DNA of 64,000 nucleotides from the NCBI GenBank assembly GCA_965207345.1, contig OZ242280.1, positions 760,316 to 824,315 on the forward strand, in the 5' to 3' direction. Source of the DNA: Gammaproteobacteria bacterium (lineage in GTDB: Bacteria > Pseudomonadota > Gammaproteobacteria > PS1 > Pseudothioglobaceae). Position 1 is the first letter of the stretch; each line of letters begins with the position of its first letter. This document shows positions 19,779-30,883 of this stretch, piece by piece. Below the pieces are notes generated by a model. It saw only the letters and a list, made by a program, of their open reading frames with translations. It was not told the origin of the DNA and did not search any database. The position numbers and the translations under genes are program-made.

Positions 19779-20852
19779 ATTTTATCAAATACCAAAGCGG
19801 TTACTTTTTACGATGAAAGATGTTAATTCAAGCTTTACTTGCCCTTATACATACCTTATTCAAAGCACCCGTTGTGCTTGCCATTATGCTAGCTGTTACT
19901 GCATTGCAGAGAAAGAATGGACAAGTTGTGTAAATAAAAATGCAAGCTGTGACTGCATAAATTTATATCAAAATTTACGTATAAACTCAAAATTTATTTT
20001 GCACAGTCATAACCAAAAAGAATTATCTATTGGACAACAAAATAAAGTTAAAATGGGCGGGTTGTTAGCATTACAAAATTTAATATCTGGTGTAAGAAAT
20101 GTGCGTGTCGCTGATATCAATCTTCTAGTCAGCGCAGTCAAAAAACGCTATGGCAATTTTGAGAAATTACCTTTTTTAAAAATAATACCGACCATTAGTG
20201 CATTTAAATTTAGAAAAAACAAACGTTAATTAAAGGAGGTAAAAATAGGCATAGTTGAACTAAGACAAAAGGTTATGATTAAGAAACATGGCAGAATATA
20301 TCAGCAGTTAATTGACGCTATTACCTCTTTGGAGGATTTGAAGGTTATTAGCGACTAGGAAATTATCTCTACCAAAGAAAAAGCGGTTAGATTAGACAAA
20401 GAATGTAGGGAAGTGGAAAGTAATGTTGGACCCACTTTACCTGAAAAGGCATCAGCATGGTTTGATTCTAGTAATGCTATGGACCTCGCAAGGAAGTTAG
20501 CAACATGACAGTTATATGATTTGCAAGGCATTGGCAACGATACAAGACATTAAGGACAGTTACGATGATAGTTGGCATAAGAATGCATAAACTATTTTCA
20601 CGGGGATCAAGAGACCATTTTAGGCATAAAAGAAACCTCAGAAAACTTACTTAAATGAAATTACTTAACGCAGACCACGAATTAGGCGAATGCACAGAAT
20701 AAGTTTTACACCACGAGACTGCAACAGACCCTGCTGAGTATTATCCACTGTGTGATACTTGTGCTGATTATTGTAATTAGTTAAGAGAAGAATGAAATTT
20801 TGTGTAGCACTGTTTTTTAATCTAAGTGATAATGCTATAGTTCATGGTTAGT

Positions 20853-21539
20853 TTAAAGTTTGCTTTCAATGAAATTTTTTACCGACGCAATATCAATTGC
20901 TTTTTTGCTTGTGATGTGGTGGTAAGTAAGAGATTTTAATAATGTCACTAACGAGTGTAAATTACGACTGTAATAGGTTAGTAGATAATCATAAATATCA
21001 TCTTCAATATGCAAATTTTGCATCGTCATTTTTTGTTTTAAAATTTCTTTTTTTTGTGTATAATTCAAATGTTCTAAACGAAAAACTAATGATAGGCTTA
21101 GTCTTGTTTTTAAATCAGTAAGTGATAAATTAAGCATATTTGGTATAGTGTCACCGCTTATAATTAAATTAAGTAAGCCGGATTTTTCAAGGCGATAAAG
21201 CATAAATAAACTATACTGTATTTTGTGAGAAGCAAGGTGAATATTATCAATAATGATTAAGTGATACTCAGAAAAATAAGTTATTGGTATTTTATTTATT
21301 TTATCTGTCTCACAGTCAAAATATATTGCCTTTAAAAAATTTGCACATGCCTCATAATAACAAGCTTTTAATAAATGCGTTCGCCCTGAACTAAATGTGC
21401 CTGATATATAAATATTTTGTCTGTTATATTGCTTTATTAGGTCGTACAAACTTATAATAATTTGCTGGTTTTTTGCACCAATAAAATTATAAAAATACAT
21501 GGTTTTTTGAAATTTAAAGGGGAAAATAAGTTGTTGCAT
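20853..21539 (-). CDS. hda: DnaA regulatory inactivator Hda
   Basis: 228 aa DnaA-domain-III-like AAA+ protein. It has the N-terminal QL.F.F clamp-binding-like motif (MQQLIFPF), a degenerate Walker A GTFSSGRTHLLKA and Walker B IIIDNIH. Confidence 0.8.
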   Translation of the reverse strand: MQQLIFPFKFQKTMYFYNFIGAKNQQIIISLYDLIKQYNRQNIYISGTFSSGRTHLLKACYYEACANFLKAIYFDCETDKINKIPITYFSEYHLIIIDNIHLASHKIQYSLFMLYRLEKSGLLNLIISGDTIPNMLNLSLTDLKTRLSLSLVFRLEHLNYTQKKEILKQKMTMQNLHIEDDIYDYLLTYYSRNLHSLVTLLKSLTYHHITSKKAIDIASVKNFIESKL

Positions 21540-21565
21540 TCTAACTCTAAAGAAATGTATAATTT

Positions 21566-22126
21566 TTAAAATTGGTGCTTATTTAATAACACACGCTTAA
21601 TCCAAAGCCAAGCATAATCCATCCCGCTTAACGTAGTGCTCGTTGCAACAACAATATAAAGTGCACTTAGGTAATAATTAAGGTTAGGATAAAGTTGTGC
21701 TAACAAGGTGGCAAGAATGGCAGAAATTTGCAAAATAGTATTAACTTTGCTGAGATTAGATGGTGAAAGTAATTCTTTTTTATGTGTAGCGCTTTCATAA
21801 TAGTAACCGACCATTGCTGCAATAATCATTACGTCTCTTAAAACAATGAGTAGGATTAGCCAAATTGGCACTAACATTAGCCAAAATAATATTAAAAAAC
21901 TGCTGATCAGTAATATTTTATCTGCCAAAGGATCAATAATTGAACCAAAACGAGATTGGTAGCCAAAACGTTTTGCAATCCACCCATCTAAGCCGTCACT
22001 AATGCCGGCGATAAAAAATACAAATAATGTGAGTAAATAATGCTCACCAAAAAGTAAAATCACAATGGGAATAACAAGAATAATACGTAAAATACTCAGT
22101 GCATTTGGTATTTGAGAAAGTTTCAT
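21566..22126 (-). CDS. pgsA: CDP-diacylglycerol--glycerol-3-phosphate 3-phosphatidyltransferase
   Basis: 186 aa with the CDP-alcohol phosphatidyltransferase motif DGLDGWIAKRFGYQSRFGSIIDPLADK and multiple TM helices. Confidence 0.85.
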   Translation of the reverse strand: MKLSQIPNALSILRIILVIPIVILLFGEHYLLTLFVFFIAGISDGLDGWIAKRFGYQSRFGSIIDPLADKILLISSFLILFWLMLVPIWLILLIVLRDVMIIAAMVGYYYESATHKKELLSPSNLSKVNTILQISAILATLLAQLYPNLNYYLSALYIVVATSTTLSGMDYAWLWIKRVLLNKHQF

Positions 22127-22294
22127 TTCATTTTCTATTTGCTAGATTAAATAATTTTAAACAACAAATCCTTGCACAAAATGCGGATATTTTATCTTAT
22201 TGCTCACATTGAACTTATACTTTATCACTTCGCAACTTTTAACCATAAATTAATTTAAAATAACGCATATAAAACCTAGATTGTAATATTAATA

Positions 22295-23275
22295 ATGGCA
22301 ATGAAAAAATCCCTAAACAATAATCCCCTAAAAGAATTTAGTGCTTCTAAAAACAAAGCTATTATAAACACTGAACTTTTAGAGATTCCAAAATTAATCA
22401 AAGCCTCTAAAAAATCAAATAACAAAGATCCTAAGATCCCCAGAATTATTTATCAAACTTTTAAAAGTAATTGTGTACCTAAAGGAATGTATGACTCTGC
22501 TATGTCTTGGGTGAAATTTAATCCAACATACGAATATAGGTTTTTTGATGATAATGACTGCATTACACTTATTAAAAATAATTTTGATCAAAAAATCCTA
22601 GATATTTATCTCTCTATCAAAATTGGTGCATTCCGTGCTGATATTTGGCGATATTGCGCACTTTATTTAACAGGCGGAGTTTACGCTGATATTGATACCG
22701 TTTGCACACGAGAGCTTGATACATTGATTGATGATGATATAGATTTTATTGCTCCATTTGATATTCCAGTGCCATATGGTATATATAACGCATTTATTTG
22801 TACCCAAGCCAGACATCCTTTTTTAGAACAAATGATTTATCATATTAAAACAAAGATGCAGATAAACAAAGCAACAAATTTATTTCACATAACGGGACCT
22901 CCAGGACTTGGTATTGCCATGAATCAGGTACTTGGCAGAAATAAGTATTATCTCTTTGACGCCGGGAAATACAAGACAAAGCATCATGTATTTAAAATTC
23001 TTGGAAGAAGAGGTGGTGTAAATAATAATGGGGAAATTGTTTTAAATACAATGTATCAGTGCTATAAAAAAGATTTAAAAAAAATGGATGTTTTGCATTG
23101 GGCGCAAAATAAAAAACAAAAAACAAAACTATATATCAGCTTTTTAGAGAAATTATTAACTAAACAATTTCATCAACAATTAATCAATAAAATACAATAT
23201 GAATCTGCCACAAGCAAAAGATTTTCTGTAAAACTAAAGTTTTTGTTTAGAGATTCTAAAGTAAAAAAAATATAA
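22295..23275 (+). CDS. GT32-like (Och1/DXD sugar-binding) glycosyltransferase
   Basis: 326 aa. IPRIIYQTFKS, FRADIWRYCALYLTGGVYADIDT (DXD) and PPGLG are typical of the Gly_transf_sug / GT32 family. The C-terminus is lysine-rich. Confidence 0.6.
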   Translation: MAMKKSLNNNPLKEFSASKNKAIINTELLEIPKLIKASKKSNNKDPKIPRIIYQTFKSNCVPKGMYDSAMSWVKFNPTYEYRFFDDNDCITLIKNNFDQKILDIYLSIKIGAFRADIWRYCALYLTGGVYADIDTVCTRELDTLIDDDIDFIAPFDIPVPYGIYNAFICTQARHPFLEQMIYHIKTKMQINKATNLFHITGPPGLGIAMNQVLGRNKYYLFDAGKYKTKHHVFKILGRRGGVNNNGEIVLNTMYQCYKKDLKKMDVLHWAQNKKQKTKLYISFLEKLLTKQFHQQLINKIQYESATSKRFSVKLKFLFRDSKVKKI

Positions 23276-23302
23276 TATTATTTTTAATATAAGGTTTTAG
23301 AA

Positions 23303-24313
23303 ATGCCTTCACTAAATTATAAATCAGCTGGTGTTGACATTAAGGCAGGAAATGCACTCATTAGCCGTATAAAATATTTTGCTAAAGAGACTGCTAATAA
23401 ACATGTCTTATCAGATTTAGGTGGTTTTGGCGCTTTGTTTGAATTATCGATTCAAAATTATAGCAAGCCTATTTTGGTTTCTAGCACTGACGGTGTTGGC
23501 ACTAAATTAAAACTTGCAACAACATTTAATCAGCATGATGGCATCGGGATTGATTTAGTTGCAATGTGTGTTAATGATTTAATCACGCAAGGTGCAAAAC
23601 CACTGTTTTTTCTAGATTACTATGCAACAAGTTTTCTTGATATTAATTTAGCTAGTCGTGTAATTGCTGGTATTACAAAGGGTTGCCTAGAAGCAAAGTG
23701 TGCACTCATTGGCGGTGAAACTGCAGAGATGCCTGGAATGTATCAAAATAAAGAATATGATTTAGCAGGTTTTAGTGTAGGCATTGTTGACAAGAAAAAT
23801 TTAATTGATGGAAGAAGCGTTAAAGCAGGCGATGATATTGTAGCCCTAGCCTCGTCCGGTATACATGCAAATGGATTTTCACTCGTTAGAAAAATATTAG
23901 AAATAAGCAAAAACACTAGCCATATAAAAACTTTATTAACACCGACAAAAATTTATGTGCGTGCGATATTAGAGCTTATAAAAACAGTGAAAGTAAACGC
24001 CATTGCACATATTACTGGTGGCGGACTTGTAGAAAATATTCCACGTATTTTGCCAGAAAATTTAGGTGCTGTTATTAATACAGATGCCTGGCAAATGCCG
24101 AGTGTATTTAAGTGGCTGATGACATCTGGTAATATTAAACTTAAAGAAATGTACCATGTGTTTAACTGTGGCATTGGTATGGTTGTGATTGTGGATAAAA
24201 ACGTAACAAAAAAAACTATTAAAATATTAAATCGTGCAGGTGAATCGGCGTTTTTAGTCGGAAAAATTAAACCAACTAATCGCAAAAATAAAATACAACT
24301 AATTAGTGAATAG
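23303..24313 (+). CDS. purM: Phosphoribosylformylglycinamidine cyclo-ligase (AIR synthetase)
   Basis: 336 aa with YKSAGVDI, GGFGALF, STDGVGTKL, DLVAMCVNDL and GGETAEMPG. Confidence 0.95.
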   Translation: MPSLNYKSAGVDIKAGNALISRIKYFAKETANKHVLSDLGGFGALFELSIQNYSKPILVSSTDGVGTKLKLATTFNQHDGIGIDLVAMCVNDLITQGAKPLFFLDYYATSFLDINLASRVIAGITKGCLEAKCALIGGETAEMPGMYQNKEYDLAGFSVGIVDKKNLIDGRSVKAGDDIVALASSGIHANGFSLVRKILEISKNTSHIKTLLTPTKIYVRAILELIKTVKVNAIAHITGGGLVENIPRILPENLGAVINTDAWQMPSVFKWLMTSGNIKLKEMYHVFNCGIGMVVIVDKNVTKKTIKILNRAGESAFLVGKIKPTNRKNKIQLISE

Positions 24314-24932
24314 CGTCGTTCTTATTTCAGGAAATGGCTCAAATTTGCAAGCACTTATTGATATGAGTGCATGCATTAATCTTGATATCAAATGCGTTAT
24401 CAGCAACAAAGGCAATGCTTTTGGTTTAAAACGTGCACATAGGGCAAATATTAAAATAAAAGTACTCAAGGAAGAGAATTTAAGCTCTCAAGAATTTGAT
24501 GAAAAACTTATTGAAATAATTGATGATAATGGGGCGCAACTAATTATATTGGCAGGTTTTATACATATTTTAACCCCTTTATTTATCCATCATTATAAGG
24601 CTAAGATATTAAATATCCATCCATCTCTGCTGCCTAAATTTAAAGGTTTAAATACACATAAACGCGTTATTTTATCAGGAGATTTAGAGCACGGTGCTAG
24701 CGTGCACTTTGTCAGTGAAATATTAGATAGCGGGGCAGTGGTTGCCCAAAGTGTTGTGCCTATTTTCCGTCAGGATACGTCAAACCTGCTTGCAGAAAGA
24801 GTGCTACATGAAGAGCATAAACTTTATCCAAAAGTAATTAGTTGGTACACGAGCGGGCGATTAAGTTTAATTGAAGATAATGTTTATTTAGATGGTAAGA
24901 TGCTAAAAAAACCAATAATTTTTACTAAATAG
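24306..24932 (+). CDS. purN: Phosphoribosylglycinamide formyltransferase
   Basis: 208 aa with VLISGNGSNLQALID, ILAGF, NIHPSLLP and HGASVHFV. It overlaps the purM stop. Confidence 0.9.
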   Translation: MNSVVLISGNGSNLQALIDMSACINLDIKCVISNKGNAFGLKRAHRANIKIKVLKEENLSSQEFDEKLIEIIDDNGAQLIILAGFIHILTPLFIHHYKAKILNIHPSLLPKFKGLNTHKRVILSGDLEHGASVHFVSEILDSGAVVAQSVVPIFRQDTSNLLAERVLHEEHKLYPKVISWYTSGRLSLIEDNVYLDGKMLKKPIIFTK

Positions 24933-24940
24933 CGTAAAAA

Positions 24941-25696
24941 ATGCTCAAAGTTTTAAAAGTATCAAGAGTTCAAAGTAACTTAACCCGCATTCAATATATT
25001 AAAATACTATTTTTTCTTTTTGCTATTTCATGGCATTTTTTGGTTTATGCACTGCCAATATCAACTTTACACTATGATGTTGTATTCAAAGATGTAAACC
25101 TTGTTCAAGCGATATTTGACTTATCTAAACTAGATGACACATATTATCTCTACACGTTTGATGCAAGTGCTACTGGTTTTTTTTCTTGGTTTAAAAAGTA
25201 TCATATTAATGCTAAGAGTCGCTTCACAATAAATAATGCTGGTGTTAGCGCTTTAAATTATCAAATGATAAAAACTATAGGCTCTAAAAAGAAAAAAGCG
25301 CATTTACTCATGGACATGAAAAATCAGCTAGTTTTAAACAAAATTAAAAAAACAACACAGCGCACTAAATATGGCAATATTGTTGATAATTTGAGTTTAT
25401 TTATGGCACTTACTTACGATGTTTCTAAATATCCAAACCAAAAGCAATATACTTATCAAGTTGCGAGTCTAAGCGGTGTTAAAGAAAAAATTTTTATCAA
25501 TGAAGGTTTAAAAATAATCAATTTAAATAATGCTGAACAAATAGAAGCCATCAAGATATCGCATTTCAAAAAATCAGATAATTACAGCAAAATTTGGCTT
25601 GGCGTGAAACAAAAGCATTTACCAGTTTACATACAAAATAAAGAGGACGGTGAGTTATATACCTATATTTTAAAACGTGCAATAATACGTGAATAA
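24941..25696 (+). CDS. DUF3108-like secreted/outer-membrane-associated protein
   Basis: 251 aa with an N-terminal signal-like helix and a beta-rich body. Its position directly after purMN is where DUF3108 genes sit in many gammaproteobacteria. The assignment is from memory of that context. Confidence 0.45.
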   Translation: MLKVLKVSRVQSNLTRIQYIKILFFLFAISWHFLVYALPISTLHYDVVFKDVNLVQAIFDLSKLDDTYYLYTFDASATGFFSWFKKYHINAKSRFTINNAGVSALNYQMIKTIGSKKKKAHLLMDMKNQLVLNKIKKTTQRTKYGNIVDNLSLFMALTYDVSKYPNQKQYTYQVASLSGVKEKIFINEGLKIINLNNAEQIEAIKISHFKKSDNYSKIWLGVKQKHLPVYIQNKEDGELYTYILKRAIIRE

Positions 25697-25720
25697 AGCT
25701 TGAAAAATAAAAAATATTTT

Positions 25721-28534
25721 TTAAGTTAATTTTTTTTTCAAAAAAACACCTGTATGTGAATATTTTGCTTTTGCAACAGTTTCTGGTGTACCTGTTATAA
25801 TAATTTCACCGCCATTTTTACCGCCTTCTGGTCCTAAATCAATAATCCAATCTGCAGTTTTAATAACATCTAAATTATGCTCAATAATAACAATAGTGTT
25901 GCCTTTATCTCTGAGTGCTGTTATTACTTTTAACAATTGTTTGATGTCGTGAAAATGCAGTCCTGTTGTAGGCTCATCTAAAATATAAAGCGTATGACCT
26001 GTATCGGCTTTAGAAAGTTCTTTTGCTAGTTTAACGCGTTGCGCCTCTCCGCCCGATAGTGTGAGTGCGTTTTGCCCAAGTTTGATATAAGATAATCCCA
26101 CTTCAAAAAGTGTTTTTAATTTTTGATAAATTTTAGGAATTGGTTTAAAAAATAATATAGCTTTATCAATAGTCATTGCTAATATTTCGGCAATATTTTT
26201 TCCCTTATAAATTACTTCAAGCGTTTCGCGGTTATAGCGACTTCCTTTACAAACGTCACATTTAACATAAATATCAGATAAAAAGTGCATTTCAACTTTG
26301 ATAAGACCGTCACCTTTGCACGCTTCGCAACGTCCTCCTCTAATGTTAAAGCTAAAACGTCCTGATTTATAACCACGACTACGACTTTCTAGAGTTATGG
26401 CGAATAATTCGCGGATGAGTGTAAATACACCTGTATAAGTTGCTGGATTAGAACGCGGGGTGCGCCCAATTGGACTTTGGTCAATATTAACTACTTTATC
26501 AAAATATTTTATGCCACTAAATCGTTTGTAAGGTGCATTTTTATGGTAGGCATTATTTAATTTATTTGCCACTAACATATAAAGCGTGTCATTAATAAGT
26601 GTAGATTTCCCTGAACCAGAAACACCTGTAATACAAGTGAGTAAGCCTACAGGTAGGACAAGATTAACTTGTTTTAAATTATTACCATTAGCACCGAAAA
26701 TACGAAAATATTGTTTGCTTTTTTTGCGTTTTTTGGGCATGTCAATTGTCAATCTACCACTTAGATAATCACCTGTTAGAGAATTTTTGTTTAAGCAAAT
26801 TGCTAGTGGCGTGCCTTTTGCTACCACTTCTCCCCCTTGTTCGCCTGCACCTCTGCCAATATCTAGCACAAAATCTGCAGTATTAATAGCTTCATGGTCG
26901 TGTTCAACAACAATGACAGTATTACCCAGGTCCCTAAGATGTGTAAGCGTTTTGAGTAATTTTTGATTATCTCTTTGATGTAGTCCTATAGATGGTTCAT
27001 CTAGTACATACAGCACACCCACTAAGCCTGCACCTATTTGACTTGCTAAACGAATGCGTTGGGCTTCTCCACCTGATAAAGTGCCTGCACGTCTATCTAG
27101 ACTTAAATATTCTAAACCAACATTAATTAAAAAATTAAGCCGCCCAATAATTTCTCTTATGACACTTTTAGCAATTTTATAGCGTTTGCCTGTAAGTTTC
27201 AAAGCTTGAAAAAAATTTACAAGCTCGCTGATAGAAAAATGCGTTAGCTCGGGTAAATTTTTTTCATTTATAAAAGTATAACGCGCTGCTTCATTTAATC
27301 TAGCACCCGAACAAGTCTCGCAAGTAGATGTGGTGATATAACGTGTTAATTCTTCTTTTATGGAGGAGATAGTTGTTTCTTCATAGCGTCTTTTAATATG
27401 TGCGACAATTCCCTTAAAGGTACTATTTTTTTTCATCCAGCCTTGAGGTGATTTGACGCTAGAAAAATTAATTTTTTCAGTGCTGCCATAAAGAACGATA
27501 TGCTGATATTTTTTCTTTAGTTTGTAAAAAGGTATCTCTAAGTCAAAATCATAATGTTTCGCAACACAGCGTAGTATTTGGTAAAAATAACCATGCGCGT
27601 GCCCCCAACCATAGACTGCACCATCAGCTAGACTAATACGTGGATGTGCAACAATTTTATTCTCATCAAATATATCACTCACACCCAAGCCACCACAGTC
27701 TGGACAAGCGCCAATTGGATTATTAAAGGAAAATAATCTTGGTTCTAATTCGCTCAAACTATAGCCACATTCTGGGCAAGAAAATTTAGATGAAAATATC
27801 ATTGGACTAAATTCATCATTATTCATTGGTACAATTTTTGCAATACCATCACCGAGCTCTAAGGCGGTAGCAAGGGATTCTGATAGACGCTCAGCCATGT
27901 CTTTTCTCACTTTTAATCGGTCAACAATTATATCAATATTGTGATGTTTTTTAGCATCTAGGTTTATTGTATCGCCTAAGTCAAATATTTCACCGTCAAT
28001 ACATGCGCGTAAAAAACCTTGTGCTTGAAGTTCTAGCAGCATTTTTTTATGCTCTCCTTTACGATTTTTTACAATCGGGGCGAGCAACATCATACTCACT
28101 CCTTTTTGTAAATTTAGCACACTATCAACCATTTGACTAATAGTTTGTGCTATCAAATTTAATTTGTGCATTGGACATTTCGGTGTGCCGACTCGAGCAA
28201 ATAACACACGCAAATAATCATAAATTTCTGTGATGGTTCCTACTGTTGAGCGCGGATTATGAGAAGTTGATTTCTGCTCAATAGAAATTGCTGGTGATAA
28301 GCCTTCAATTAGTTCAACATCTGGTTTTTCCATCAGTGATAAAAATTGGCGAGCATAAGCTGATAACGATTCAACGTAGCGTCTTTGACCCTCAGCATAA
28401 ATAGTATCAAAAGCCAAAGAAGATTTTCCAGAACCTGATAAACCCGTTATCACGACTAATTTATTTCTAGGAATATCAACGCTGATATTTTTAAGATTAT
28501 GCGTTTTGGCACCCCTGATTTTTATTTTATCCAT
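25721..28534 (-). CDS. uvrA: Excinuclease ABC subunit A
   Basis: 937 aa with two ABC ATPase modules ([20 protein letters not shown], two LSGGE signatures) and zinc-finger Cys clusters. Confidence 0.97.
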   Translation of the reverse strand: MDKIKIRGAKTHNLKNISVDIPRNKLVVITGLSGSGKSSLAFDTIYAEGQRRYVESLSAYARQFLSLMEKPDVELIEGLSPAISIEQKSTSHNPRSTVGTITEIYDYLRVLFARVGTPKCPMHKLNLIAQTISQMVDSVLNLQKGVSMMLLAPIVKNRKGEHKKMLLELQAQGFLRACIDGEIFDLGDTINLDAKKHHNIDIIVDRLKVRKDMAERLSESLATALELGDGIAKIVPMNNDEFSPMIFSSKFSCPECGYSLSELEPRLFSFNNPIGACPDCGGLGVSDIFDENKIVAHPRISLADGAVYGWGHAHGYFYQILRCVAKHYDFDLEIPFYKLKKKYQHIVLYGSTEKINFSSVKSPQGWMKKNSTFKGIVAHIKRRYEETTISSIKEELTRYITTSTCETCSGARLNEAARYTFINEKNLPELTHFSISELVNFFQALKLTGKRYKIAKSVIREIIGRLNFLINVGLEYLSLDRRAGTLSGGEAQRIRLASQIGAGLVGVLYVLDEPSIGLHQRDNQKLLKTLTHLRDLGNTVIVVEHDHEAINTADFVLDIGRGAGEQGGEVVAKGTPLAICLNKNSLTGDYLSGRLTIDMPKKRKKSKQYFRIFGANGNNLKQVNLVLPVGLLTCITGVSGSGKSTLINDTLYMLVANKLNNAYHKNAPYKRFSGIKYFDKVVNIDQSPIGRTPRSNPATYTGVFTLIRELFAITLESRSRGYKSGRFSFNIRGGRCEACKGDGLIKVEMHFLSDIYVKCDVCKGSRYNRETLEVIYKGKNIAEILAMTIDKAILFFKPIPKIYQKLKTLFEVGLSYIKLGQNALTLSGGEAQRVKLAKELSKADTGHTLYILDEPTTGLHFHDIKQLLKVITALRDKGNTIVIIEHNLDVIKTADWIIDLGPEGGKNGGEIIITGTPETVAKAKYSHTGVFLKKKLT

Positions 28535-28747
28535 TAAACTGATGTAATATTCTAATAGAGGAAGCGAAATATGACGATAATAAACGATAAAATTAACTAT
28601 GCAGAGGCTTTAATTAGTTAATTTAATGTTGCAGAGATTATTGTTTTTTCAATGTACAAAAACCGCTTGTATTTTAAATGAAAATTAGCATACAACATTA
28701 TTTTTTGAATTTGCAGTTTATAATGAAAATTATTTTAAACTCTTCTG

Positions 28748-30211
28748 CTAAGATTGTTGATGATAATTCGGTGCTTCTTTAGTAATGGTAACATTATGCA
28801 CGTGTGATTCTAAAATACCAGCATTTGTAATTTGCACAAATTCAGCTTTAAGACGCATTTGTTCCAAATTAGCACAACCGGTATAGCCCATTGCTGAGCG
28901 CACACCACCGAGCATTTGATGAATAATTGGGCGAATTGAACCCTTAAAAGGAACGCGTCCCTCAATGCCTTCAGGCACTAATTTTTCTTGTTCATTATGT
29001 GTTTGAAAATATCTGTCAGATGAACCATGCTTTTGCTCCATTGCGCCAATTGAACCCATACCACGATAAGATTTATAGGGACGTCCGTGATGTAATTCAA
29101 TTTCGCCAGGCGCTTCTTCTGTTCCAGCGAATAAGCTGCCTAGCATTACACTATGTGCACCTGCTGCAAAAGCCTTGGCAATATCACCAGAATAACGAAT
29201 ACCACCATCAGCAATCACGCAAACGTGCGTATTTTTGAGTGCTTGTGCAACCTCATAAATTGCTGAAATTTGTGGCATACCAACACCAGCAATAATGCGT
29301 GTTGTGCAAATACTTCCAGGCCCAATGCCTACCTTGACCGTGTCAGCACCAGCCTTAGCTAGTGCACGCGCAGCATCAGCAGTAGCAATATTACCTGCAA
29401 TTACAGATAATTCTGGATAACGCTTTTTTGTTTTCCCCACTTGGCTAATTACTTGTTTAGAATGCCCATGCGCTGTATCAATAACGATAACGTCAACCCC
29501 TACACTAACGAGCGCATCAATACGCTCATCACTATTATAGTCTACACCAACTGCAGCTCCAACCCTTAAACGCTCTTGTTCATCTTTGGTAGCATTTGGA
29601 TAACTTAGAGATTTTTTAATATCTCTAACGGTAATCATTCCTTGTAGTCTTGCATTATCAGTGAGTAAAATGCGCTCAATTTTATGTTGATGCAGTAATG
29701 CTTTTATATCTTGCATACCAGTTTTTTCTGATGCTGTAACAAGTTTATGGTATGGGGTCATTACATCAAAAATACGCTTTTCTAGATTTTGTTCAAAACG
29801 AACATCTCTGCTGGTAACCAGCCCAATAAGCTTTTCATCATCCATCACGGGCAATCCAGAAATACCATGTTTCTTTTGCAATGATAAAACTTCAGCAACA
29901 GTTGCTGTTTTGGAGATGGTAATTGGTTCTCTAATAATACCACTTTCATAACGTTTCACTTTGCGTATCTCTTGCGTTTGATCTTTGATTGATATATTTT
30001 TATGAATGACACCCATGCCACCTTCTTGGGCAATTGCAATAGCAAGATTTGCTTCAGTAACTGTATCCATTGCTGCTGATAGAAGTGGTGTATTTAGCTT
30101 GATAGTTGGGGTGAGATTTGTCCTTAAATCAGCAGATTTTGGTAACACGGTTGAATGTGCAGGGAGCAATAATACATCATCAAAAGTTAAACCTAGTTTT
30201 TTTATTTTCAT
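28748..30211 (-). CDS. guaB: IMP dehydrogenase
   Basis: 487 aa with [10 protein letters not shown], a CBS pair, the catalytic loop [11 protein letters not shown], and GGIRYSGDI. Confidence 0.97.
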   Translation of the reverse strand: MKIKKLGLTFDDVLLLPAHSTVLPKSADLRTNLTPTIKLNTPLLSAAMDTVTEANLAIAIAQEGGMGVIHKNISIKDQTQEIRKVKRYESGIIREPITISKTATVAEVLSLQKKHGISGLPVMDDEKLIGLVTSRDVRFEQNLEKRIFDVMTPYHKLVTASEKTGMQDIKALLHQHKIERILLTDNARLQGMITVRDIKKSLSYPNATKDEQERLRVGAAVGVDYNSDERIDALVSVGVDVIVIDTAHGHSKQVISQVGKTKKRYPELSVIAGNIATADAARALAKAGADTVKVGIGPGSICTTRIIAGVGMPQISAIYEVAQALKNTHVCVIADGGIRYSGDIAKAFAAGAHSVMLGSLFAGTEEAPGEIELHHGRPYKSYRGMGSIGAMEQKHGSSDRYFQTHNEQEKLVPEGIEGRVPFKGSIRPIIHQMLGGVRSAMGYTGCANLEQMRLKAEFVQITNAGILESHVHNVTITKEAPNYHQQS

Positions 30212-30220
30212 TATAAATTC

Positions 30221-30883
30221 TTAATAATAACGCTTCCTTTTATATTTTCTGCCAGTCAAAACACCAAAAATAACACCGATAAGTAAAACTAATCCACCTA
30301 CCACAAACCAATTTCTAGCATTTCTATCTTGTTCATAAGTGTTGCTTTTTTTAAGAATTTGCATTTCATTTTTTAGCTGCAATATTTTTTGCTGAAGTGT
30401 TTGATTACTATGCTCAATTTTAAGCGCATCTTCATAAGTTTTTTCAATATGTTTGATACGCGATTCAATTTTAGCTTTTTCTATTGCTAGCGTGTTTTTA
30501 ATCTCTTGACTTTCTTTGAGGGATTTTTGTAAGGACTTAAATGCTTGTGTTTGTTTATTATATTCAATTTGCTGTATATTGTATTGGTTACTGAGTTTTT
30601 CTAATTGCTCTCTTGCTGGCAATTCATTTATTACAAACCGAGAATTAATCCAACCAACATGATTATTACTGAGGCGAATTTTAGTCCAGCCAGATTCTGT
30701 GGATTCCAATAATGCTAATTTTTCACCAGAAAATGCCATTCTAAGAATCGGGGCATCAATGGATTTTTCAGTGCGAATTGGAATTTCTATTTGGTCGCTC
30801 ACATAAACAAAAGCCTCACCAAGACAACCACCAGATAAAAACATACCAAATGCAAATAATTTGCCAAGTATTAGTTTTTTCAT
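30221..30883 (-). CDS. SH3-domain / coiled-coil / C-terminal TM protein (YgiM-like, TIGR04211-type)
   Basis: 220 aa with a signal peptide, an SH3-like segment (GWTKIRLSNNHVGWINSRF), a long coiled coil and a C-terminal TM helix followed by a basic tail. Confidence 0.6.
   Translation of the reverse strand: MKKLILGKLFAFGMFLSGGCLGEAFVYVSDQIEIPIRTEKSIDAPILRMAFSGEKLALLESTESGWTKIRLSNNHVGWINSRFVINELPAREQLEKLSNQYNIQQIEYNKQTQAFKSLQKSLKESQEIKNTLAIEKAKIESRIKHIEKTYEDALKIEHSNQTLQQKILQLKNEMQILKKSNTYEQDRNARNWFVVGGLVLLIGVIFGVLTGRKYKRKRYY

Noticed and set aside
19687-20229. 180-aa ORF downstream of leuB
   Set aside because: The first 30 codons overlap the leuB 3' end in another frame. No RBS or recognisable domain is present, and an alternative frame is equally plausible. 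It is reported only as part of the degraded-gap finding.
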